From Sulfolobales archaeon HS-7 (GTDB lineage: Archaea; Thermoproteota; Thermoprotei_A; Sulfolobales; Sulfolobaceae), in assembly GCA_019704295.1 (NCBI GenBank), contig AP024596.1:1344001-1408000 (forward strand): a stretch of DNA of 64,000 nucleotides. The letters are read 5' to 3'. The notes beneath the pieces are model-generated. The model was given only the letters and a program-made list of their open reading frames with translations, had not been told where the DNA came from and did no database searches. The translations under genes were made by a program, and so were the position numbers. Each line of letters opens with the position of its first letter. The stretch's first letter is position 1. This document shows, piece after piece, positions 1 through 8,840 of this stretch.

Positions 1-21
1 CTTTGTTTAGAAAAAACTAAA

Positions 22-681
22 TCAACTATCCCTATTCCTCATGGCTCCGAGATAGCCGAAGACGAGCAAGAATACTGCGATAACATCAATTCCTGGAATT
101 ATGAATAGTATACCCCCTACTTTGATAATAGTGTTGTTGTATGCGCTCCCGGATTTAAAGAAGCCAATACCTAGGAGAATTGACGCTAAAAGACCTATAA
201 CTATAAAGAGGATGGACAGAACGCCCAACACCGTTAAATTCCCGGATGCTAACGAGAGAAATCCCGTTACACCCTCCTGCGAGTATTGCGGATTGATCAC
301 CCCTATTACCTGAACTATCAGGTAGATTAGGGATCCTACTACACCTAAGGTTGAACCAGGGAAATTAGTCGTCAATTTTATCGAAAGGAATAGAAGAAAT
401 GCTATAACTCCGACAATTGAAGTTAATGCAGATGAAATGAAAAGGTAAGGGAGTTCCTGCTTAGAGATATAACTCTCAAGACCCTTTTCGTATTCGAGTA
501 TAGCTGTTATGTTACTCGTCGTTAAGGGATGGGATTTAGCATAGGTTGCCGCTACAGAAGCGGTAACAGAACTCGTAGCTAATCCTATAGCTATTCCCCC
601 TAATATTCCTATTAAAAAAACAACGCTAATTATTAGGTATTTTTTTGCGGGATTTGACATCATAAAAGTGAGTCTTCCCAT
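22..681 (-). CDS. DUF973-like multi-pass membrane protein
   Basis: Hydrophobic helices; C-terminal 'GSAYNNTIIKVGGILFIIP' pattern typical of the Sulfolobales DUF973 family. Confidence 0.6.
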   Translation of the reverse strand: MGRLTFMMSNPAKKYLIISVVFLIGILGGIAIGLATSSVTASVAATYAKSHPLTTSNITAILEYEKGLESYISKQELPYLFISSALTSIVGVIAFLLFLSIKLTTNFPGSTLGVVGSLIYLIVQVIGVINPQYSQEGVTGFLSLASGNLTVLGVLSILFIVIGLLASILLGIGFFKSGSAYNNTIIKVGGILFIIPGIDVIAVFLLVFGYLGAMRNRDS

Positions 682-759
682 GCCATAATAAATAGCTTTT
701 GTAGTACGGTACGCTGAACTAACTTCCCCTTTTTTTAAACTCGAGGGGAGTGTTCTTTC

Positions 760-3168
760 ATGAGATCAGTAGCAATTTTATTGGGGTTATTGTTAACGGC
801 TCTTTCCATTATACCCGTAATTTCCTTCTCCGAGCCAGCAATTTTATCCTACGGATGGGGAACTCCTCAACAACCTGAGGTAGTTTACCCAGGATATAAG
901 GACCAAGTGTTCTACCTTGAGGTAATTCCTAATGGATATCAAGTTCTCAATGCTACTATGCTCTCTCAGAACACTCCCATTTACACGTCAATTCCCCAAC
1001 AGAAGTATTTCCCCTATGCGGTAGGATATGTAGTCCAGGAGGGGGACCCAACCTTAATAGAGTTCGTTTTGTCTGTGAGGAATGACGCTAAACCCGGGAA
1101 TTACCAGGTTGCCGTAATTCTAAATTACTGCGATAACGGCTATCAGCATGAGACTTTTTACATTAATATCCCGGTGTACGCTCCGCCTTTCCCCGAGGTC
1201 TCTTCCGTTACCTGGGGGAACACTCAGTATGCGTTCTCTGAATCGGGGCCCAACGAAGTTTCCATATCGCTGTTAAATCCATCGTCTTCCGTAGTAATGA
1301 ATAACGTCTCCATTTCGATTAAGTTACCCGGGAGAGTCGAAAGCCTTTCGGGGGGAAACGAGGTTACCCTGAATTTCCCTCAGATACTCCCGGGAGGAGA
1401 GGTGACGGGCTCAACACTAGTAAACGTAAGTAACGTTATTCCAGGAAAGCACGTGATCTCCTTTACAGTGAATTACGTAAACGGTCAGGGTTACGCGTAT
1501 AACGCGACAGGGAATTTCACCACCTGCTTTTTGCCTGGAAATCCCATCAAAGTTTACGTTAAACCTGTGCTTACTTCGAGTACAACGGGTAATGTCCTCA
1601 TCACTCTAAATTCCAGCGAGGGGATATTGATAACCGGAATTACGGGATACCCATTCCCCGTTGAGACCACCAACTTAACTTCTGGGGTAGCTGTGAATGG
1701 CTTTCGTGAAGTGGGCGCCGTAATCTCCATTCCTCCAGGAACTCCGCCGGGCAACTACAGTGAAACATTTCAGGTTAGCTACGATTACGCTGGTAGATCC
1801 GTAACGCTACCCGTGACGGGGAGAGTAATAGTTTATCTTAACGGATCTCCTCAATTGATACCGGTAACAAGTGCTGTTGAGGGAAGGAATGTAGAACTTC
1901 TGATTTTCAATCCGCTTAATTTCGACTTGGAAAACGTAAGCGTAACGCTCTCATGCGGTACGCCGTCCTCTGGTTACGTGGAGCAGTTGCCATCGCAGGG
2001 ATTCTATCCGCTTGAGGTGACGCTGACGCGTACTGGGAACCTGACGATCAATTACACTATCAAATACGAGGTTAACGGAAGGCCCTTTATGACATCAGGT
2101 TCGGATAGAATCCAGGTATTTCCTAAACCCGATGTCTCAACGTACTATTCGCAAAGCGTAGAGAGGGGAGAGGAACAGAATATCTCCGTAATAGTGGAAA
2201 ATCACAACCGCATCCCAATACAACACGTAGAGGTGAGCGTATACGTTAACCTAACAATGATTTCACCTAGCGAGGTATTCATCACTTGTATCCCACCCAA
2301 CGGAATAGGGGTAGCGAACTTCACTGTCTTCGTCCCACCCACGCTAGCTACGGGAGTAACGCAATTTTCAGTTAGTGTGTCTTACTCATATGACGGCCTC
2401 AATTACAGTTTTACTAACTCAACCCCCTTGGTCATTTCCGATCCTCAAGGTTCCGTAGCGGTGTCAATAAAAAACAGTACAATATTTTCCGGAGGTATAT
2501 CGCACCTCCTATTCTGTATCTCAGGGGAAAACGAGTCACTCGTCTCAGTAAATTTACAAGCGGGAGAGGGACTAACACTGGAAAAATCGGATTTCTTCAT
2601 AGGAAATTTGAGCGGTAAAGTTCTCCTTAACGACCAGGCAATAACTCTGTTGAATCCTGGGGAATTAACCCAAATAACAGTCCTAGTTTCATACCTTCAT
2701 AACGGGAGATTATTTGAGGTGGAGAGCATTCGTCCACTTTTCGTAATAAGTCTGGTTAACTTCTCAATTACCTCCTTCAATTACACCCTCTCTGGAGGAG
2801 TTCTTTCGGTTAGCTTCTGTTTGATTAACCAAGGTGTAAACCCGGCTAATGGGGTAACTGTATACTTGAGTAATCAATCCGATTTCGTAGGAACTGTGAA
2901 TCCCGACACACCCATTCCCGTATCCTTTACGTTACCGTCAGGCGGGAGATCTCTTGATGTGAGGGTAACTTACCAAAACTCCTTCGGAATTATTCAAACC
3001 TACTCAAGGGAATTTAACGTAAGCTACGCCCCACAGTTTAGCAATACTACGACAACGGAGATACCCGCAAAAAGTCTCAACACCTCGTACTCCATCTACG
3101 TTGTGGTAGCGATTCTGGCTGTTGCCGTAATCGGTAGCTTAATGGTGGTCAAGAGGTCTAAGAAATGA
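760..3168 (+). CDS. COG1361 S-layer-domain-like surface glycoprotein
   Basis: Signal peptide, 'YGWGTPQQPEVVYPG' start, repeated beta-rich CARDB-like modules, many NxS/T sequons, C-terminal TM anchor with basic tail; precedes an FtsX-type permease. Confidence 0.7.
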   Translation: MRSVAILLGLLLTALSIIPVISFSEPAILSYGWGTPQQPEVVYPGYKDQVFYLEVIPNGYQVLNATMLSQNTPIYTSIPQQKYFPYAVGYVVQEGDPTLIEFVLSVRNDAKPGNYQVAVILNYCDNGYQHETFYINIPVYAPPFPEVSSVTWGNTQYAFSESGPNEVSISLLNPSSSVVMNNVSISIKLPGRVESLSGGNEVTLNFPQILPGGEVTGSTLVNVSNVIPGKHVISFTVNYVNGQGYAYNATGNFTTCFLPGNPIKVYVKPVLTSSTTGNVLITLNSSEGILITGITGYPFPVETTNLTSGVAVNGFREVGAVISIPPGTPPGNYSETFQVSYDYAGRSVTLPVTGRVIVYLNGSPQLIPVTSAVEGRNVELLIFNPLNFDLENVSVTLSCGTPSSGYVEQLPSQGFYPLEVTLTRTGNLTINYTIKYEVNGRPFMTSGSDRIQVFPKPDVSTYYSQSVERGEEQNISVIVENHNRIPIQHVEVSVYVNLTMISPSEVFITCIPPNGIGVANFTVFVPPTLATGVTQFSVSVSYSYDGLNYSFTNSTPLVISDPQGSVAVSIKNSTIFSGGISHLLFCISGENESLVSVNLQAGEGLTLEKSDFFIGNLSGKVLLNDQAITLLNPGELTQITVLVSYLHNGRLFEVESIRPLFVISLVNFSITSFNYTLSGGVLSVSFCLINQGVNPANGVTVYLSNQSDFVGTVNPDTPIPVSFTLPSGGRSLDVRVTYQNSFGIIQTYSREFNVSYAPQFSNTTTTEIPAKSLNTSYSIYVVVAILAVAVIGSLMVVKRSKK

Positions 3169-4340
3169 ACTTTTTGGATTCCCTATTACTTGCGGTCAAA
3201 TCGGTGTGGTCTTCAAAGACCAGGGCTATCTTGACTATTCTCGGAGTTATGATCGGACCTGCTGCCCTCGTGGGAATGACGTCACTCTTTTACAGCTTCG
3301 CTAACACCGTTTCTCAGGATTTACTCGCCTCTTTCCCCCAGAACGTGATTACCGTTGACTCACCTATTCAGGCTTACCAACTGAACGACATCTCCCACAA
3401 CCCCCACGTTAGCGAGGTCTTACCGTATTATCAACTGGAGGGGTACGTGAGGAACTCATCGGGGGATCTAGTTCAGGTTCAGGTACTCGCAGTTAACTTA
3501 AACGAGATGGAGCATGTTCTACCATCTGTGGAGATTAACAGTTCACCTAGTGCCTTCCCGGTGATAGGAGGATATTTCACAACGCACAGCTCTATATTGA
3601 ACTTCGGCCAGCAAAGTTACCTTTACCTGACCAAAGGGCAGGATATCTACGTAATCTTGTCAAATTTTCAAGAGAACTTCACGTCGAGATTAGTTGTAAC
3701 AGGTTGCGTGGAAAAGGAGGTGTTAGTGAATTTACCAGGAGTTAATACGGGTCTTATTGTTCCCTTGTCTGTGGGAGAAAGACTCTCTCCCGGTGAATAC
3801 AGCGGGGCTTTAGTGGTAGTAAGTAACTCTACTTTCGTTAAAGAAGTGGCAAATACCATCAAGAGTTATCACCTATCAATATTGCTCCCGCAACAGAATC
3901 CCTTTGCTGACTTGAGTTCCTTTAGCACAACATACGGGCTACTCTTCTCAGGTGCCGCGTTCATAGTGGCATTTTTCTCAATACTTTCAACGATGTATAC
4001 GTCAGTGGTGGAAAGAACTCACGACATAGGAATTCTCATGTCCCTGGGGTTTAAGCGGAGGGATATCATGATGTCCTTTGCTGCGGAAGGAGTTGTTCTC
4101 GGAGTGATAGGGGCGGTAGTGGGAGTTGTACTCGGAATAGGCGGAGTATTAGCCTACTTCACTTACGCTTCTTCGAGTTTTCAGTTGGTTTACGGAACGG
4201 GAATTCACGGAAGCATTGATATTAGCGCGGTATACCTGGCTTTGATCTCAACTGTTATCATAGCGTTAGTTGCGTCTATAGCACCTGCTTACAAAGCATC
4301 AAGGTTAGAACCTGCAAGAGCAGTAAGGTCTATTTACTAG
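3165..4340 (+). CDS. ABC transporter permease, MacB/FtsX family
   Basis: 'KTRAILTILGVMIG' N-terminus, 'SVVERTHDIGILMSLGFKRRDI' and 'PAYKASRLEPARAVR' motifs; ATGA overlap with upstream gene. Confidence 0.9.
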   Translation: MNFLDSLLLAVKSVWSSKTRAILTILGVMIGPAALVGMTSLFYSFANTVSQDLLASFPQNVITVDSPIQAYQLNDISHNPHVSEVLPYYQLEGYVRNSSGDLVQVQVLAVNLNEMEHVLPSVEINSSPSAFPVIGGYFTTHSSILNFGQQSYLYLTKGQDIYVILSNFQENFTSRLVVTGCVEKEVLVNLPGVNTGLIVPLSVGERLSPGEYSGALVVVSNSTFVKEVANTIKSYHLSILLPQQNPFADLSSFSTTYGLLFSGAAFIVAFFSILSTMYTSVVERTHDIGILMSLGFKRRDIMMSFAAEGVVLGVIGAVVGVVLGIGGVLAYFTYASSSFQLVYGTGIHGSIDISAVYLALISTVIIALVASIAPAYKASRLEPARAVRSIY

Positions 4341-4357
4341 AGGGGGGATCTTATACT

Positions 4358-4939
4358 ATGGAGGGACTAAGGGAAGCGGAGGAGTTAGCGAGAAAGGCTC
4401 TATCCCTCGAGCTGAGGAGGAAGTTGTCGTATTACTACGGGGCATTAACCGTAATAGCGTTCATGTCCTCTCCTATTCGAGAAGTTCTGGGATCTCTGAT
4501 CACGTCCGTGATCATAGCGTTGGCCCTTCTTGTAATATTCAAGCAGGTATACCAAGGTTATAACATAATGAGGTTCCTAACGAAGGTTAACCCTAAGGCG
4601 ATGACGACGGGATACGTGTTTATGATAGTATCCATGGCCACGGTCGTATTTCTATCTAAGGTTTTGGTCGCGGGTGTGCCCTTGTTCTCCTTACCTATTC
4701 AGATATACGCAGGGAATATTGGTGAGACCCTTATCGCTAATGTGCTTTACTTCTACCTGGTGATTTTCGTGACTTATCAGATTATCATAGTTTCCCGAAC
4801 CTTTAGGCTGAGGTGGTTTGATCTGACCCCTCTGCTGATCGCCTTAGTCCCCTTTGCCGGTCTGATCTTCTCCGTAATTTCCGGAGTAGTACTAGCGACA
4901 TCTACGGTGTTATCATGGACGAGAGGAAGTCCGAAATAA
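4358..4939 (+). CDS. Hypothetical membrane protein
   Basis: 193-aa hydrophobic ORF in operon context. Confidence 0.6.
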   Translation: MEGLREAEELARKALSLELRRKLSYYYGALTVIAFMSSPIREVLGSLITSVIIALALLVIFKQVYQGYNIMRFLTKVNPKAMTTGYVFMIVSMATVVFLSKVLVAGVPLFSLPIQIYAGNIGETLIANVLYFYLVIFVTYQIIIVSRTFRLRWFDLTPLLIALVPFAGLIFSVISGVVLATSTVLSWTRGSPK

Positions 4940-5226
4940 TCGAGTTGCTGAAAAGTAAGGCTCTTAACAACTCCGTCAGGGTAGCTATAATTACGATACT
5001 GTACTACAGCGGTAGCTTGAGCTTCTCCAGATTGTTAGAGCTCCTACAGATTCCAAAAAGTTCTTTGGAGTTCCACATTAAGTTACTCGAGGAAGAACAA
5101 TTAATAAACGTTAAGGACGTGATCAGACCGAGTAGACCCGGGGTTTCCATTTCACTAACTGAAAAGGGGAGGGAGACCTTCAAGAAGTTAAGCGAGTTCA
5201 TGGGTGGGGGGAATGGAAGGGAGTGA
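4915..5226 (+). CDS. Winged-helix (ArsR/HTH_34-like) transcriptional regulator
   Basis: 'LNNSVRVAIITILY...LSFSRLLELLQIPKSSLEFHIKLLEE...SLTEKGR' wHTH pattern. Confidence 0.8.
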   Translation: MDERKSEIIELLKSKALNNSVRVAIITILYYSGSLSFSRLLELLQIPKSSLEFHIKLLEEEQLINVKDVIRPSRPGVSISLTEKGRETFKKLSEFMGGGNGRE

Positions 5227-6103
5227 AGTAAGGAGGATGGGTTTCCTGCTTTTAATGTTCGGATTCATTGTTCTCGCAATTTCATACTCAATGGTCGGAG
5301 TTTTCACTATTGGAATAGCGCTATCGGGATTTATGGCGAATGTTAGTCACATTCAACGGGGGAAGCTCTACGATTTCGTATTGAAGCCCGCTACACAGTT
5401 AATAATTTCAGGAAATGCGAGTTATCAAGTGACGGGCAAGTGCTTTGTAAACGAAACCACGTTCTCCCCGACTAGGACAGATTCGATTATGGCCTTTTCC
5501 CAAGCTAACGTATCCGTTTTCACCTTTTCGAATTCCACTGTAGTTGAAACCGGAATTCCCTTTGGCAGTGTTTTTATTTACGCAGAGAAAGTCCTAAACC
5601 TCGAGTACGGGAACCTCGCGTTAATGCTAGTCGGTGGTCTACTAATCCTCTTCTCGAAATCTTCTAAAGATTTACTTCAGGTTATCGCAATACTTGGGAT
5701 CGTAATATCGGTACTGGGAATAATTTCCTCGGCGTACACTTACGTCATAGCTAACCAAACGAACCTGTCTGTACCGGCCGGGGGGAACACAACGATAGAC
5801 TTCCACCCAGGACAGATTCTGACTATAACGGGAAACGTTAAGGTAACCTACAACAGGCAACCCGTCAGTGTAACTATAGTGAGGATGGAGGAAAACGTCT
5901 CCTCTTTTGAGTTCAATTCCAGAGGTATCATGACTATCCGAAACCCTGAAAACGAGCCGGTAAGCGTACAACTCTCTGTATTTAACCTGAATGACGGTGT
6001 TAGAATTATCTTAACCGTGCTAGCAATAGCTGGGATTAATACAATTTTAGGAATTGCATTCATAATAATGTCTGTACTAGTCATAAGGGAAAAGTCGGTT
6101 TAA
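5204..6103 (+). CDS. Hypothetical membrane protein with extracellular beta-rich loops
   Basis: Four TM segments flanking two similar beta-rich loops; overlaps upstream regulator gene. Confidence 0.55.
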   Translation: MGGMEGSEVRRMGFLLLMFGFIVLAISYSMVGVFTIGIALSGFMANVSHIQRGKLYDFVLKPATQLIISGNASYQVTGKCFVNETTFSPTRTDSIMAFSQANVSVFTFSNSTVVETGIPFGSVFIYAEKVLNLEYGNLALMLVGGLLILFSKSSKDLLQVIAILGIVISVLGIISSAYTYVIANQTNLSVPAGGNTTIDFHPGQILTITGNVKVTYNRQPVSVTIVRMEENVSSFEFNSRGIMTIRNPENEPVSVQLSVFNLNDGVRIILTVLAIAGINTILGIAFIIMSVLVIREKSV

Positions 6104-7434
6104 TCAACGCAGCACGACATTCTCGTAACGTCGCGAAAGAAGGCAGATGCCGCCAACTTTATCGACTCAGCCATGGTGGGAAACACGTGAACGGTATCCA
6201 CTACATCATCCACTTTCATCTTGAAATGAATTGCCAAGGCCGCCTCGTTTATTACCTCCGCGGCGTTTTCCCCCATCATGTGAACCCCAAGTATTCTTCT
6301 ACTCCCTTTTTCCGCTACCATTTTTATTAACCCCTTAGTATCTCCTAAAATGTTTGCCTTAGCCACATCCCTCATGAAAACTGTTCTGCTCTCCCCGTTC
6401 CGAACCTCAGCCTCCCTAAGTCCGACTGAGGCCAGGTTCGGTTGAGTGAAAATAGCTCTCGGGACGCTCAGCAAATCGATCCTCCTATGTGCGTTCGAGA
6501 TCGCGTTATCAACGGCCACAACTCCCTCCTTTCCCGCCAACGCTTCAAGCATATTACCACCGATTACGTCTCCCGCTGCATACACGTTAGGATTAGTTGT
6601 CCTAAGTTCGTCATCAACCTTTATACCTCCCCTTTCATTGAGCTCTATGTTCGCCTGTTCCAATGCTAGATCAACGTTAGGTCTCCTTCCCGTAGCTATC
6701 AGGATTTCATCTCCCTCGATTTCACCCCTATCAGTTACGACCTTTTTTCCCTTGTTAACTTCCTTTACCTTCGCATTAGTTACTACGAAGATTCCCTCAC
6801 TTTCCAGCATTTCCCTAGCCGCAATGGATATTTCCGGTTCCCAATCTGGTATTAACGTGGGACTTCTTTGAATTACAGCAACGTCCTTGCCCAATCTCCT
6901 ATACATTTGCGCGAATTCCAGAGCCACGGCTCTTCCCCCGATGATGATCAGCGAGTCTATGTCCTTATCCGGACTAAGTGCCTCCACATTAGTCCAATAG
7001 CCTACCTCCCTTAAGCCAGGTATGTCGGGGATAGCAGGGGAGGAACCAGTCGCTATTACGAATTTCTCTCCCTCCATCACGTCCCCGTTTACCTTAATTG
7101 ACGTTGGAGAGGTAAACCTGGCCTTTCCCTTTATCAACTCTACGTCATATGCCCCTAACACCTTCTCGTATTTCTCCGCCCGAAGAGCGCTTACCAGTTT
7201 GTCCTTGTCGTCAAAAAGAGTCCTGTAATTCTCCGGAAGTTTCCCCTTGTAACTGTAAATCTCCCCTAACCTGAGCAACCTCTTTGAGGGAACGCAACCC
7301 ACGTTAACGCAAGTTCCTCCTATCTCCCCTTCACCGACAAGGGTTGGCTTAATGCCGAGTTCATTGGCCCTTATTACCGCCGCGAATCCCGCCGCTCCGT
7401 AACCTAGAATTATTAGCTTTCTTTTCAACAACAT
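6100..7434 (-). CDS. merA: Mercuric reductase
   Basis: GYGAAG FAD motif, CVNVGC redox disulfide, C-terminal SCC pair, preceded by MerH. Confidence 0.95.
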   Translation of the reverse strand: MLLKRKLIILGYGAAGFAAVIRANELGIKPTLVGEGEIGGTCVNVGCVPSKRLLRLGEIYSYKGKLPENYRTLFDDKDKLVSALRAEKYEKVLGAYDVELIKGKARFTSPTSIKVNGDVMEGEKFVIATGSSPAIPDIPGLREVGYWTNVEALSPDKDIDSLIIIGGRAVALEFAQMYRRLGKDVAVIQRSPTLIPDWEPEISIAAREMLESEGIFVVTNAKVKEVNKGKKVVTDRGEIEGDEILIATGRRPNVDLALEQANIELNERGGIKVDDELRTTNPNVYAAGDVIGGNMLEALAGKEGVVAVDNAISNAHRRIDLLSVPRAIFTQPNLASVGLREAEVRNGESRTVFMRDVAKANILGDTKGLIKMVAEKGSRRILGVHMMGENAAEVINEAALAIHFKMKVDDVVDTVHVFPTMAESIKLAASAFFRDVTRMSCCVD

Positions 7435-7595
7435 CCTCCTATAGGAGAGTCAAACTCGTCTGCACAATGGGAACAACAGAAGTAGTGCTTTTCACCGTTT
7501 ATTTCCCTTGTGTAGGCCTTTTCTTGCGTTAGTTCGACGCCGCAGTTTTCACATCTTAAGTCGCGTTTTTCAAAACCCGTTATTCTAAGTCTCAT
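7425..7595 (-). CDS. merH: TRASH/YHS-domain mercury metallochaperone; start revised to ATG 7595 (56 aa)
   Basis: CENC...YFCCSHC...GGCC; TATA-like CTTATAAA on the - strand 22-29 nt upstream of ATG 7595. Confidence 0.85.
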   Translation of the reverse strand: MRLRITGFEKRDLRCENCGVELTQEKAYTREINGEKHYFCCSHCADEFDSPIGGCC

Positions 7596-7628
7596 ACTAT
7601 CTAATACCCTCCGTACTTTATAAGTTTG

Positions 7629-7652
7629 ATATATGAACAAATGTTCATCTAT
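7629..7652. promoter_or_regulatory. merO-like operator palindrome upstream of the merHA TATA box
   Basis: ATGAACA-AA-TGTTCAT perfect 7-bp inverted repeat (7633-7648), imperfectly extendable; resembles the ArsR-type MerR operator of S. solfataricus as recalled. Confidence 0.7.
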
Positions 7653-7953
7653 ATAAGTTATACCTAACTAGAAATTAGTTTTTCCTTACTGAAACGATTG
7701 AAGAAGCCTAAGTCGCCCCGAAGCAAGGATGATTTTCTCATTAAAGTAGAGCGCTTGCTATCTAGGAAGAATGACATGAGGTTTAGAGTTAAGGACAATA
7801 AGTTATCCCATTAGTCCCCCTGCCCTGTATTGACGCAGTAAATCCGAACTCGAACTACTTAAGAATGTAGTTTTTGCGTTACATGACGTTAAACTGTCAC
7901 CATGAGAAATGATAATACGTAACGATGAAGGTGGGATAATGAGGAAGGGACAA

Positions 7954-8250
7954 GTGAATTATTCAGCTCTCACGAACGCGGCATCTACATCTCGCGATTT
8001 CCTGCTTCTCAGAGAAACCTGGATCCCTCTTCACCCATAGCGGAGGTTCTATCGTACGTAAACGTTCTGTGACATCCCGTGTAGAAGAGAGGTTACGGAG
8101 GGTTTTCTCTCCACTGGCTTGAGTTCCTCCCGTCCCGAGGGTGCTAACCCAGCTCTTTTAGCCAAGGTCTAAGAAATTTTTGACGTATGAATACAATAAC
8201 CCTCCTATAAGGGACTTTTCACCCCTTACGGAAGGGAACTTCCGCCCCCA
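7954..8250 (-). mobile_element. Non-autonomous IS200/IS605-family MITE (SMN1-like) with TnpB 3'/omegaRNA-like segment
   Basis: On the - strand: TTTAA, then left end TGGGGGCGGAAGTTCCCTTCCGTAAGGGGTGAAAAGTCCC with hairpins; internal CCCTCGGGACGGGAGG...GCCAGTGGAG...AAGCAGGAA typical of archaeal tnpB 3' ends; right end GATGCCGCGTTCGTGAGAGCTGAATAATTCAC ending in TCAC; no ORF. Confidence 0.75.
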
Positions 8251-8840
8251 TTAAACAAGGGAGAAATCGAGCATCGAAGAACTTTGAGTGTAATAAACCA
8301 ATTCGTAAACTTTACATACTGTTTAAGGGTAAGCTGGAGGTCAAAGACGCAATCAACATGGAAAGGCGCTCAGGTACGCCGGTCTTACCGCTTTACGTAA
8401 AGAAGCACAAATGCTATGTAGAGAAATACTTAACTAAGTTGAGCTGTAACGTTGACTAATTCTATGACGAAGTCGTATCTTTCTTAGGGAGTAACGGGGG
8501 AATCACTTAGGTCGATGTCAAAGTACCTGGAGGGGTAAATATGCGGGTGGTATTACTCTTTAGCCCTTGTGCAAAGATAAGGTTGTAATAACGAGAAGAA
8601 AGATAAGTGGATCTTGGTTACCTTCCGCCCTGACCCTGACGCGGAGAATTTAAGCATACTCTCTAGTTCAAAGCCCGTTAATTCCCATTTAGTGAAACGT
8701 ATCCTGCGACTCCTTACCAATGTAGCGGAATTTTTCAGCTAGCTCACCCTTTTTAACGAAAGAGTGATCACTTACAAGCTAAGTGTACGATCCTAACGGA
8801 TAGATATATGATTGCGTCTAAAAAGGAAAACCTAAAAATG

